This document shows positions 46,749 to 54,942 of a stretch of DNA of 64,000 nucleotides, piece after piece. The translations under genes and the position numbers were made by a program. The notes beneath the pieces are model-generated. The model saw only the letters and a list, made by a program, of their open reading frames with translations, did no database searches and was not told the DNA's origin. Numbering within the stretch: the first letter of the stretch is position 1; every line of letters begins with the position of its first letter. This DNA comes from an uncultured Candidatus Saccharibacteria bacterium. GTDB taxonomy: Bacteria; Patescibacteriota; Doudnabacteria; UBA920. Where the stretch lies: assembly GCA_964597895.1 (NCBI GenBank), contig CAZQZS010000001.1, positions 9,238 to 73,237 on the forward strand. Reading direction: 5' to 3'.

Positions 46749-46917
46749 TTTTTATCTTCTGGGGAGTGAGGGTTTTGGAATACAGTTTCGGAATAGCTTC
46801 CAGGTATCACTGTGCCTTTTATCTTCTGGGAAATATGGGTTTTGAAAATGCGGATGCAGATTGGTTCGTAAACAAAAGTAGGATTTTTATCTTCTGAGAG
46901 GATGGGAAAACTAAAAC
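46749..46917. repeat. three ~33-bp direct repeats (period ~68 bp) TTTTATCTTCTG[G/A]G...GGG[T/A]TTT[G/C][G/A]AA, plus an inverted partial copy GAAGATAAAAA at 46650-46662
   Basis: R1 46749-46780, R2 46816-46848, R3 46885-46917. First 12 nt identical, remainder degenerate. The repeats fall in different reading frames. Confidence 0.5.
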
Positions 46918-46940
46918 CGGCCTGGGCCGGTTTTAGTTTT
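46913..46940. terminator. bidirectional terminator AAAACCGGCC-tg-GGCCGGTTTT
   Basis: 10-bp perfect stem with A4/T4 flanks. Overlaps the pth stop. Confidence 0.7.
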
Positions 46941-47472
46941 GGAGGAATATTTCTATGAGCTTATTTGTTTCGGGAAAGATTCTTTCTTGTAAAGTTTTAA
47001 GTTCTTCATCGGTGAATCTTTGCAGAACGAATTCATCGGTTGGCAGCGGGGAGTCGGGCTCGCGGGATTCTACGCCAATGCGGATGCGCGCAAAGTCTTT
47101 GCTGCCCAATTCGTCAATGATATTCTGAACGCCGTTGTGGCCGGCGGCGCTGTTGCCGTGCGCTTCGCGCAGGGTTCCAAAAGGTAAATCTTTTTCGTCA
47201 TGAATTACTAATAAATCGTATTTGCAGTCAACTTTATAGAAGGAACTAATTTCCTTTACCACTTCGCCAGAGAGGTTCATAAAACTTTGCGGTTTGACTA
47301 AGAATATTTTTTCGCCCCCATTATGGTATTCGCAGATTTGCGCATCAAACTTGCTTTGGCAGGCGATCACATCCCGGTCTTTCATAAAATAATCCAAAGC
47401 CAAAAACCCCGCGTTGTGACGAGTGAACTCATATTTGTTTCCTGGGTTTCCTAAGCCTACGACGATTTTCAT
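46933..47472 (-). CDS. pth: peptidyl-tRNA hydrolase
   Basis: MKIVVGLGNPGNKYEFTRHNAGF is the signature Pth N-terminus (catalytic His). ATG at 47472; the ORF track extends 57 codons upstream. Confidence 0.88.
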   Translation of the reverse strand: MKIVVGLGNPGNKYEFTRHNAGFLALDYFMKDRDVIACQSKFDAQICEYHNGGEKIFLVKPQSFMNLSGEVVKEISSFYKVDCKYDLLVIHDEKDLPFGTLREAHGNSAAGHNGVQNIIDELGSKDFARIRIGVESREPDSPLPTDEFVLQRFTDEELKTLQERIFPETNKLIEIFLQN

Positions 47473-47544
47473 AGTGGTAGTATAGCAAATTTCTTGACAC
47501 GGGCTCGTATTCAAATAATAATGAAACAAATTAGAGGAGGTGTT

Positions 47545-48036
47545 ATGCATCCAGGTAAAACTGCACCGAGCGAGTACGTGAAGTTTGTCGATAAGATCGT
47601 GGTGTTCTATCTTGCCGAGGACATGGAAACATATCTCTGGCAATTAATCCCGCGAACCGAAATTGCGTATATCGACCGAGAGCGATACTTGTTTTACGTT
47701 AACTGGCCTTTGGACAATTATGTCCATGGCGGTTGGTGGGGCAAGAAAGTTAGCGAACGATTGATGTCCATTTACAATTCCGTCATCGGTTGGCTTGTGA
47801 GGGTAAGTAAGACTTATCATTTGCAAGCATGGAGTAGAGAACGTGCCGCGTGCGTCCGATCGATTCGTCGTCGACTACTTCGGTTGATAGGCCGTTATTC
47901 CAATGGTGCCATGATCACGCCGATTTTTCGCAAGTATCTCGACAGCTTCTTATCGGCCATTAGTCACAATGTTTCAGTGGTATTCCAAACAGCTTCTGAA
48001 CCGGAAATATTGCCTGATTCAGTCTTTGTTTGTTAA
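47545..48036 (+). CDS. hypothetical protein (163 aa)
   Basis: GGAGG RBS before the ATG at 47545. W-rich, no motif. Confidence 0.5.
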   Translation: MHPGKTAPSEYVKFVDKIVVFYLAEDMETYLWQLIPRTEIAYIDRERYLFYVNWPLDNYVHGGWWGKKVSERLMSIYNSVIGWLVRVSKTYHLQAWSRERAACVRSIRRRLLRLIGRYSNGAMITPIFRKYLDSFLSAISHNVSVVFQTASEPEILPDSVFVC

Positions 48037-48098
48037 TCTTTCGGCTCGGATTATTCCGGGCTTTTATGTTATACTCAGAGTGTCATTAATTTTTTTAT

Positions 48099-48515
48099 AT
48101 GTTGAATGAACGAAGAAATATAGATATGGGTTCTGACATCTCCGATATGGTTGAGGGGATGAAGGATGAACATATTAACGAAAGCCAAGAGCATGTCCGC
48201 GAAGGGATTGACCAAGCCCGCGATCTTATTAATTCCGAAGTGCTAGATTTTAACACGAAGTTTCCAGTAATCGATATCACTAATCATGAACAGATGCTGG
48301 CAATCCAAGACTATATTATGGGAGTGTACAAGAATGATTCTGAGGCTGGTAGGGAGTTGTTAAAATTATTGAATGCTGAAACAGCTAGGCAGTTGCCGGC
48401 TGTGCAAAATCAAGAGCAAGTTGATTTCGTTAATCAAGTTGCTAGTCAGCTTGAAGGTATGACCGGTGAAGATCTGGATGCTGGTATAGAGAAGGCACGG
48501 AGCGCGCATTCTTAA
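48099..48515 (+). CDS. hypothetical acidic protein (up to 138 aa; start uncertain)
   Basis: Strongly acidic composition. No SD at any candidate start (48099, 48106 or 48126). Terminator follows. Confidence 0.4.
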   Translation: MLNERRNIDMGSDISDMVEGMKDEHINESQEHVREGIDQARDLINSEVLDFNTKFPVIDITNHEQMLAIQDYIMGVYKNDSEAGRELLKLLNAETARQLPAVQNQEQVDFVNQVASQLEGMTGEDLDAGIEKARSAHS

Positions 48516-48520
48516 GTAAT

Positions 48521-48560
48521 TTAAAACCGCTTTGCGACAAGCTTGAGGCGGTTTTTAGTT
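48521..48560. terminator. terminator-like hairpin AAAACCGC...GCGGTTTTT with a large loop
   Basis: Between convergent genes. The stem ends are perfect but the loop is 17 nt. Confidence 0.5.
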
Positions 48561-49881
48561 AGGCTTTTTTCGTGAGGTGAATTTTAATGGGTGTTCCCCA
48601 GAAGCCAAGTTTTTGTATTATTTGCTTTTCTAGATATCGGCGATATTGCGTGGAGATTGCTGCTGGGTGGTTGACGATCAATTCAAACATTGGAGCGAAG
48701 TTGCCAATTTGGTTTAAGCCGTAAACCTTTGGGGCTTTCTGATCCAGCATGCGGCGTGGTGGGTTTTTTTCTAAGGTGTATGCCAAGAGTCTATCCAAAT
48801 CTTCTTGGGTAATAACCTTAGCCCGAGCATCGTAAATTGGCTTGAGTGCCTTTAAGGCTTCTGTTAGGCCATCGCCAGTTTTCGCAGACACAAAGAATAC
48901 TGGAGCAAACCACAGAAAAGGGAAGTGCTGAGAGACATAATCCTGAAGCTGTTTTTCGTCGCCGTCAAACTGATCCATTTTATTCACGACAATCACCACG
49001 CCGCGGCCCAAGTCTAGGATTTCTCCGGCAATTGCCTGGTCTTGCTTGGTAATAGGCTCCACTGCGTCAATGACGAACATCACTACCTCGCTTTTGCGGA
49101 TTGATTTAAAAGTTTGGAAAACAGAATAGACATCAGGTTGGGCTTGGCGGTAAGACTTCTTTTTTAAACCAGCTGTATCTATCAGGGTAAAGTCAGTGCC
49201 TTCAAAGTTTATCTCCACATCAATTGCAGTGCGTGTGGTTCCAGGGATATCCGAAACTACGACGCGTTCTTCGCCCAAGATTTTGTTGACTAAACTGGAT
49301 TTGCCAACGTTAGGTTTGCCTACAATGGCTACAGGAATCCCAACTGGTTTTTCAGGCTTAGGGATTTTTAATTTTTTGAGCTGTGCGGCAACCTCATCTA
49401 GTAATTCGCCGATGCCGCGGCCGGTTTGCGCCGAAACAGGGAAGATAAGTTTAATGCCTAACCTTTTCCATTCTTCACCGAATTCGCGCAAAGCTTTTGG
49501 CGAGTCAAGCTTGTTGACTGCGAGCACCACAGGCTTAGAGGTTTTGCGAAATTTAATTAAGGCTTTTCTGTCTGTGGTGTTGCTATCGGTTTTGCTGTCT
49601 GCAACGAATAGAATTAAATCAGCTTCGTTTAAAGCTTGATCAATTTGGGTTTCCAGTTCGGCCTCCAACTCTTGTTTGTGTCCATAGGTTAGCCCGGCTG
49701 TATCTACCAATGTAAAATCCACTCCATTCCAGGAAGTGTCTATGTACTGACGGTCGCGCGTAGTGCCTGCTACATCAGAAGTAACAGCAGCGCGCGTGCC
49801 AGCGATCTTATTTAGCAGGGTGGATTTTCCAACATTTGGTTCACCTACTATGGCAACTATAGGTAATCTATTATTTTTCAT
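48559..49881 (-). CDS. der: ribosome-biogenesis GTPase Der (EngA) with two G domains and a KH-like domain
   Basis: Two P-loops (GEPNVGKSTLLN and GKPNVGKSSLVN), two DTAG motifs, and a C-terminal KH-like domain. Confidence 0.92.
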   Translation of the reverse strand: MKNNRLPIVAIVGEPNVGKSTLLNKIAGTRAAVTSDVAGTTRDRQYIDTSWNGVDFTLVDTAGLTYGHKQELEAELETQIDQALNEADLILFVADSKTDSNTTDRKALIKFRKTSKPVVLAVNKLDSPKALREFGEEWKRLGIKLIFPVSAQTGRGIGELLDEVAAQLKKLKIPKPEKPVGIPVAIVGKPNVGKSSLVNKILGEERVVVSDIPGTTRTAIDVEINFEGTDFTLIDTAGLKKKSYRQAQPDVYSVFQTFKSIRKSEVVMFVIDAVEPITKQDQAIAGEILDLGRGVVIVVNKMDQFDGDEKQLQDYVSQHFPFLWFAPVFFVSAKTGDGLTEALKALKPIYDARAKVITQEDLDRLLAYTLEKNPPRRMLDQKAPKVYGLNQIGNFAPMFELIVNHPAAISTQYRRYLEKQIIQKLGFWGTPIKIHLTKKA

Positions 49882-49896
49882 AGAAGTTTATTATCG

Positions 49897-49993
49897 CTAC
49901 CCACTTTAGAGGGAGTAAGCTAGCGCCAGCCGGCCATAGCTCGCTGTCAGGCGAGCGAAAGGCCGGTGAGAGCGCTCCCGGAGAAGTGGGTGG
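49897..49993 (+). ncRNA. copy A of the ~97-nt multi-helix structured hairpin element (structured RNA or REP-like hairpin)
   Basis: P1 CTACCCACTT/AAGTGGGTGG. Nested helices GGGA/TCCC, GCGC/GCGC, (G)CCGGCC/GGCCGG(T), GCTCGC/GCGAGC. Hexaloop TGTCAG. Conserved bulge GTAAGCTA and internal loops CAG/TGAGA and ATA/CGAAA. Two G-T pairs favour the plus sense. Sits between the LCP gene stop and the der ATG. Confidence 0.45.
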
Positions 49994-50016
49994 CTTAACT
50001 GAATTCTGAAATATAT

Positions 50017-51459
50017 TTAATTAGAATCTCCCAAAATAACTATCACATCAACTTTGGTTGGGTCAATTTTAATTCCAGGTGGAGCGAGCGAAACCTCGCT
50101 GGCGTTCAACCGGTTTTTGATTAATTCAATTGTGGCAGCTTTTTGGTTTACAGGATAGACCACATTCTGCTGCAAGGCTTTGCCAGTGTAAATCACTTTA
50201 TAAACTGTTAAGCCATTGGATGTTAATTCTTGTTCTGCCTGTTTGTAAAGTTGTTGTGAAACTGAGCTGTCAGCTAACCAGACAACGGCTTTTTCGGCCA
50301 GGATAGCACCGCTGTCAAAGCTTTCTTTAAAGAAGGAGATGATGTCTTCGGTTCTTTTTCCTGCGCAAGTTGTTAAAACAAACGCGCCGCTTTCTTCCAA
50401 AATTTTAGGACAGATTAGGCCCGTGGCAGGGTCCAGGCTCAGGCTGACCACTTGTTCTGAACCAAAGTCTTTGGTTAGCGTGTAAAGCCGGATCAGTTCA
50501 CCAGGGGTGAGGTTAGTATGGAAATGATCGCCGATAATTGTGAATAGCTCGTTAATCTTACCGGCATCGCCGACAATATTTAATGACACCAGTTTGGTTT
50601 TTGCTGCTTGGATAATCTTTTGTTGCCGCGCGCTACGAGCAAAATCGCTACCTTCAGCTCCAGCAGCATGGCGTGAGCGTGCAAAAATGAGGGCCCGTTC
50701 GCCATTCATGGTTTCCATACCTTCCGTGAAGGTTACGGGAGGTAAGTATCCTTGCGAATCATTCGGGAAAGTATAATCCGTGAAGGTTCTGTCAATTTGC
50801 ACATCAACGCCCCCAAGCAAATTGATCGTCTTTTCAAATCCGTCAAAGTCAATAACTGCAAAGTAAGGGATTTCCAAACCAGACATTTTTTCTACAACAG
50901 CTATAGATGCTTCACCAGCTTTGTTCCAGTCATTGGTGTCGCTGTAAGTTTGTGCAAAGACTGCGTTAATGCGACCTTGGCCAAATTCCTTTGTGTTCAC
51001 TAAATAGTCGCGAGGTATGGAAATCAGAGTCGCTTTGTTTTCATTTGGCTTGAGCTGCGCCACCATGATGGTGTCAGAAAGATATGGTCCGTCGTGTCCA
51101 GGACCGCCGATGCCGAGGAGGAGCACATTAACCTGACCTTCGTTTTCACCAATTAGCTTGCTGCCACTGCCTAGGCTGAGCAGATCAGAGATGCGGCTGG
51201 TCAGGCTTTGACTATTGCCTACGAAGATTTTATCGGCCAAGCTAGTGGATCGCATCAGCACAAATCCGCCGAGGCCGAGCGCCATTAAAATCATCACAGC
51301 TATGATGATTTTTAGGATGCGGCGGCTTTTGCGTTTTGGCGGCTGAGGCTCAGATGATTGGGTTGGGAGGCGGTCGTCGCTCCAATTGCCAAATCTTACT
51401 GGGCCAGATGGGCTGCTGGAAACGCTTTGGCTGTTGATTCTAGGGGAACGTACTTCCAT
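50017..51459 (-). CDS. LytR-CpsA-Psr (LCP) family cell-envelope phosphotransferase with a disordered N-terminus, TM anchor and LytR_C-like C-terminal domain
   Basis: LCP core (...VNVLLLGIGGPGHDGPYLSDTIMVAQL...SIPRD) after a single TM helix. Confidence 0.8.
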   Translation of the reverse strand: MEVRSPRINSQSVSSSPSGPVRFGNWSDDRLPTQSSEPQPPKRKSRRILKIIIAVMILMALGLGGFVLMRSTSLADKIFVGNSQSLTSRISDLLSLGSGSKLIGENEGQVNVLLLGIGGPGHDGPYLSDTIMVAQLKPNENKATLISIPRDYLVNTKEFGQGRINAVFAQTYSDTNDWNKAGEASIAVVEKMSGLEIPYFAVIDFDGFEKTINLLGGVDVQIDRTFTDYTFPNDSQGYLPPVTFTEGMETMNGERALIFARSRHAAGAEGSDFARSARQQKIIQAAKTKLVSLNIVGDAGKINELFTIIGDHFHTNLTPGELIRLYTLTKDFGSEQVVSLSLDPATGLICPKILEESGAFVLTTCAGKRTEDIISFFKESFDSGAILAEKAVVWLADSSVSQQLYKQAEQELTSNGLTVYKVIYTGKALQQNVVYPVNQKAATIELIKNRLNASEVSLAPPGIKIDPTKVDVIVILGDSN

Positions 51460-51649
51460 TTTTGTACTCCAAAGCTGTAAAATGACTTTGCTATTATATC
51501 GGAAATAGAGATCAAAGTTAAGAGTAGATTTTGATAAAAAAACGTAATTATTTCTACTTGCACCCAGTTTGTGGCAGTGTTATAGTTCAAATGTTATTTG
51601 TAATAATATGCAGTATCGGGCAGAGACGCGGTACTGTTAGAAACAAAAT

Positions 51650-52258
51650 ATGTCAGAACAAAAAATTGTCATAGAATCTGCTGGCGAAAACGAGCAACAG
51701 CCTGCTGCCGGTTCTTTCCTTTGGGAGCTTGTCCGCATAGTTATCATCGCTTTCGTGTTGATGGTTGGATTTAGAATCTTTGTTGCTGAGCCGTTTGTAG
51801 TTTCAGGTTCATCAATGGTTCCGAATTTTCATAATAAGGAGTATTTGGTAGTCGACAAGGTTAGTTATCGCTTTAATGAGCCAAAAAGAGGTGATGTGAT
51901 TATTTTTAAATACCCGAAAGATACTTCTCAGTATTTTATTAAGCGCATTATTGGCCTGCCAGGCGAAAAAGTTCAGATTGATGATGGCAGGGTAATGGTG
52001 TTCAATGCAGAGTACCCCGACGGCATTACTATTACGGAACCCTACCTGACTAGTAACGATGCTACTTTTGGTAAAACTGATATCGTCAGCTTGGGGAGTG
52101 ATGAGTATTATGTTTTAGGAGACAATCGACTTGCCTCTAGCGATTCGCGTGTTTGGGGTATATTGCCGAAGCATAATATTGTAGGAAAGGCATGGTTGCG
52201 CGCATTTCCGATTTCCGAATTTGGGTTCCCAAAGTTTCCCGAACCTGTCTTAAACTAA
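51650..52258 (+). CDS. lepB: signal peptidase I
   Basis: GSSMVP (catalytic Ser box), KRIIGLPGE (Lys box), and the GDNRLASSDSR box of S26 peptidases. Confidence 0.88.
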   Translation: MSEQKIVIESAGENEQQPAAGSFLWELVRIVIIAFVLMVGFRIFVAEPFVVSGSSMVPNFHNKEYLVVDKVSYRFNEPKRGDVIIFKYPKDTSQYFIKRIIGLPGEKVQIDDGRVMVFNAEYPDGITITEPYLTSNDATFGKTDIVSLGSDEYYVLGDNRLASSDSRVWGILPKHNIVGKAWLRAFPISEFGFPKFPEPVLN

Positions 52259-52305
52259 AACTCAGTTTCATTCATCAATAAACTTCATTTAACCACTAAC
52301 TGACA

Positions 52306-53589
52306 ATGCCAAAGACCGCTACGAAAAAATCCGCTAGTGTTACCAAGCCGGGCAGCATGAACGGCTTGCGAGATATTTATACTCAATCTAATCCTCATTG
52401 GCATGCGATACTTAAGCGTTTACGCAAGACTGGCAAGTCGTATGGGTTCTTGCCAGTAGAGACACCGATTGTTGAAGAAGAAAAGATTTACACTGATTTG
52501 TTTCGCGATCAGCCCCAAGTACTGGAGCGGACAATTTTTACTCAGTTGGGCACAAAATCTGTAGCTTTGCGTTCCAGTGTCTTACCTTCGGTGTTGCGCT
52601 ATTATGTCCAGCAAAAATTGTTTGATGAACAGCCGATGTCTAAATGGTTTTATGCCGGCAACATCATTGAGCAGGACGAGCGCCAGGCCGCCCATCTTAA
52701 CTACCAATTTGGTTTTGAAGTGCTGGGTGATTTTAACCATCTTTCTGAGGCCCAGGTCATCTGTGCAGTATGGGAGTTTTTGCAATCTTTGGGCTTACAA
52801 AATTTACAACTAGAAATTAACATGGTTGGCGACGGCTCTAATAGCGGTTATCAGAGCGTACTAAAAGATTATCTTAAGAGCAAAGACTTTGATTTGTGCG
52901 ACGACTGTGTGGCTCATTGCAGCGGAAGAGTGTTTAATGTTTTGCGGTGCAATAATTTGAACTGTCAATTGGTTGTTGCCGAAGCACCCAGCGTGTTGGA
53001 TTACCTAGATGAGCAATCCAAAACTTATTTCACCAATGTTTTGGAAGCTTTGGATGAATTAGGTATTCCGTATCAGCTCAACCAGTATTATGCTGGCCCG
53101 ACAGGGACTTCTAGGACTAATTTTGTTATTCGGTATGGCGCAGATAAAGATCAGTTAGTTCTGGGCGAGGGCGGTCATCACGAGTTATTACTCAAAAATA
53201 TTGCCGGAAAAGTTTTACCAGCTTTCGGATTTGTTGGCAACTTGTCTGCGATTGCGAGAACTATGGAATTATGTGGTGTTGAGCCCGAGCCAGATTACAG
53301 CAACGAAGTTTTCTTGGTGCCGCTGGGCGAATTAGCTTCCAAGAAGAGCTTGCGTTTATTCCGCGATTTGGTTCAACATAATATAAAAGTTCACGACCAT
53401 TTTGGCGTGGAAGGGGTTAAAAACCAGCTCAAAGCTGCCCAAGAGTTTAAGGCGCCAGTTGCCTTGATCATGGGTCAAAAAGAAGCCTTGGACGAAATGG
53501 TGATTCTCCGCGATGTAAAATCAGGCATGCAGGAAATCTTTCCTTACGAAAAAATTATTGACGAAGTAAAAAAACGTCTAGGACGGTAA
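52306..53589 (+). CDS. histidyl-tRNA synthetase-like paralog with a degenerate motif 2 (possibly non-catalytic / HisZ-like) but retaining the C-terminal anticodon-binding-like domain
   Basis: Class II HisRS fold with GLRDIY (motif 1 region). Motif 2 reads NIIEQDERQAAHLNYQFGFEVLG, lacking the conserved FRxE...RxREFxQ arginines. The C-terminal alpha/beta domain is present. Confidence 0.7.
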   Translation: MPKTATKKSASVTKPGSMNGLRDIYTQSNPHWHAILKRLRKTGKSYGFLPVETPIVEEEKIYTDLFRDQPQVLERTIFTQLGTKSVALRSSVLPSVLRYYVQQKLFDEQPMSKWFYAGNIIEQDERQAAHLNYQFGFEVLGDFNHLSEAQVICAVWEFLQSLGLQNLQLEINMVGDGSNSGYQSVLKDYLKSKDFDLCDDCVAHCSGRVFNVLRCNNLNCQLVVAEAPSVLDYLDEQSKTYFTNVLEALDELGIPYQLNQYYAGPTGTSRTNFVIRYGADKDQLVLGEGGHHELLLKNIAGKVLPAFGFVGNLSAIARTMELCGVEPEPDYSNEVFLVPLGELASKKSLRLFRDLVQHNIKVHDHFGVEGVKNQLKAAQEFKAPVALIMGQKEALDEMVILRDVKSGMQEIFPYEKIIDEVKKRLGR

Positions 53590-53733
53590 CAGGAAGTAAT
53601 AACTAAGAAGTAAATAGTAAAAAGTGGTAGAGCTTTGAATCCTGTAGCCCCTTACTTTCTACTTATCACTATTTACTACGCACAATTTTAAAATACCAAT
53701 ATACCATCATTACTTATTAAGCTATAAAATATT

Positions 53734-54075
53734 ATGGACACTCAAAATTGCGTATTTTGCAAAATCGCGAGGCATGAGCAAGTCGCCGAAATGCTCTACG
53801 AGACTGATACGCACTACGTAGTGCGCGACATTATGCCTAAAGCGCCGATTCACTTCTTGGTTATTCCTAAAGAGCATATTGAATCGGTTAATCATCTGCC
53901 GGAGGATAAGTCGGGTTTGGTTGGAGAGATGATTGTGACTGCTAAGAACCAAGCCGCTTTGCAGGGGATTGGCAGCACTGGGTATAAGTTAGTGTTCAAT
54001 GTTGGTAAAGATGGTGGACAGGTCATCCCGCATTTACATCTGCATGTCCTTGGCGGTAAGCAAATGGAAGAATAA
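53734..54075 (+). CDS. HIT-family (histidine triad) nucleotide hydrolase
   Basis: HxHxHxx motif HLHLHVLGG and the PKAPIHFLVIPKEHI region. TATAAAAT lies immediately upstream of the ATG, so the mRNA may be leaderless. Confidence 0.85.
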   Translation: MDTQNCVFCKIARHEQVAEMLYETDTHYVVRDIMPKAPIHFLVIPKEHIESVNHLPEDKSGLVGEMIVTAKNQAALQGIGSTGYKLVFNVGKDGGQVIPHLHLHVLGGKQMEE

Positions 54076-54099
54076 TCATAAACCACACTGTTTGAAAAA

Positions 54100-54126
54100 T
54101 AACCCGGGCTTTGCCCGGGTTTTAGT
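54100..54126 (+). terminator. terminator AACCCGGGC-tttg-CCCGGGTT + TTTAGTTT
   Basis: Perfect 9-bp stem plus U-tract. Confidence 0.7.
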
Positions 54127-54233
54127 TTGACCAGTTCGGCAAAATAAGGTATAATTACGACATATTTAAAGTCGGGTGCCTTCAAATTTAACCATTTGAG
54201 GCAGTGTACACTATAGAATTGAGGTGAATTTCA

Positions 54234-54473
54234 TTGGTAGAAGTTAAGAAGAAAGAAAATGAATCCTTTGACAGCTTGCTCCGCCGGTTCAATCGCAAGA
54301 TTCAACAGAGCGGTGTTTTAGTGCGTGCGCGTAAGACGAGATTTTTTGAACCAACCAAGAGCCGCAATCTGCAGCGCACGAATGCTATCCGTCGCAGCGA
54401 ACTGCGCGAATTACGTGAAGAAATGAAGCGCACTGGCCGTCCGGTCAAAGCCGCTAAGAAAGGGCAGCGCTAA
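54234..54473 (+). CDS. rpsU: 30S ribosomal protein S21 (TTG start)
   Basis: ESFDSLLRRFNRKIQQSGVLVRARKTRFFEPTKSRNLQRTNAIRR is the canonical S21 sequence. GAGGTGA RBS. Confidence 0.85.
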   Translation: MVEVKKKENESFDSLLRRFNRKIQQSGVLVRARKTRFFEPTKSRNLQRTNAIRRSELRELREEMKRTGRPVKAAKKGQR

Positions 54474-54916
54474 TGGAACTTTCCATGCAGGTAATAGAAG
54501 CGAAGTTAACCGAGGCTCTAAAAGCCAAGGATCAAATTGCAGTTGATACACTTCGTGGACTAAAAACCAGAATTACTAACGAGCAAATTAACAAAGGTGA
54601 CGCTTTGGCCAGCGATGAAGTATTAGCGTTGGTTAAATCCGAAGCCAAGCGCCGCAAAGAGGCTGTGGATGCATTTACGGCCGGCGGCCGTAGCGAAGCA
54701 GCAGCAAAAGAAACCGCAGAATTGGATGTGTTGAGCCAGTTTTTGCCTGAGCAGATGAGCGAAGAGCAAGTGGCTAGTAAAATAGATGAAGCAATTAGCG
54801 CAAATGGCTGGACCCAAGCAGACTTCGGAAAAGCTATGGGCGCACTGAAAGCAGAATTTGGCAATAATGCGGATGGCGCGCTAGTCGCGAAAGTACTGAA
54901 AGCCAAGCTTTCATAA
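54473..54916 (+). CDS. yqeY: GatB/YqeY-domain protein
   Basis: Conserved rpsU-yqeY linkage and a YqeY-like helical sequence (…VDTLRGLKTRITNEQI…). Confidence 0.8.
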   Translation: MELSMQVIEAKLTEALKAKDQIAVDTLRGLKTRITNEQINKGDALASDEVLALVKSEAKRRKEAVDAFTAGGRSEAAAKETAELDVLSQFLPEQMSEEQVASKIDEAISANGWTQADFGKAMGALKAEFGNNADGALVAKVLKAKLS

Positions 54917-54942
54917 AATTCTAAATTTAAAACAAACATTTA

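Larger units (their letters stand above)
46512..46940 (+). ncRNA. candidate ~430-nt non-coding transcript bounded by a consensus promoter and an intrinsic terminator; function unknown
   Basis: Contains a long hairpin with a 20-bp stem (46670-46690 / 46733-46752) and three degenerate 33-nt direct repeats. Only a 49-codon ORF without an SD. Confidence 0.3.

Noticed and set aside
46749-46917. CRISPR-like array (three ~33-bp repeats with ~68-bp period)
   Set aside because: The repeats are degenerate beyond the first 12 nt. There are only three units. There are no cas genes in the window and no leader-like AT-rich region with a conserved terminal repeat. Kept as an unexplained repeat set instead.
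49897-49993. SRP (4.5S) RNA identity for the covarying hairpin
   Set aside because: Long-hairpin topology is similar, but the apical loop is a hexaloop (TGTCAG) rather than GNRA. The conserved domain IV internal loops (AGCA/GGAA context) are absent.
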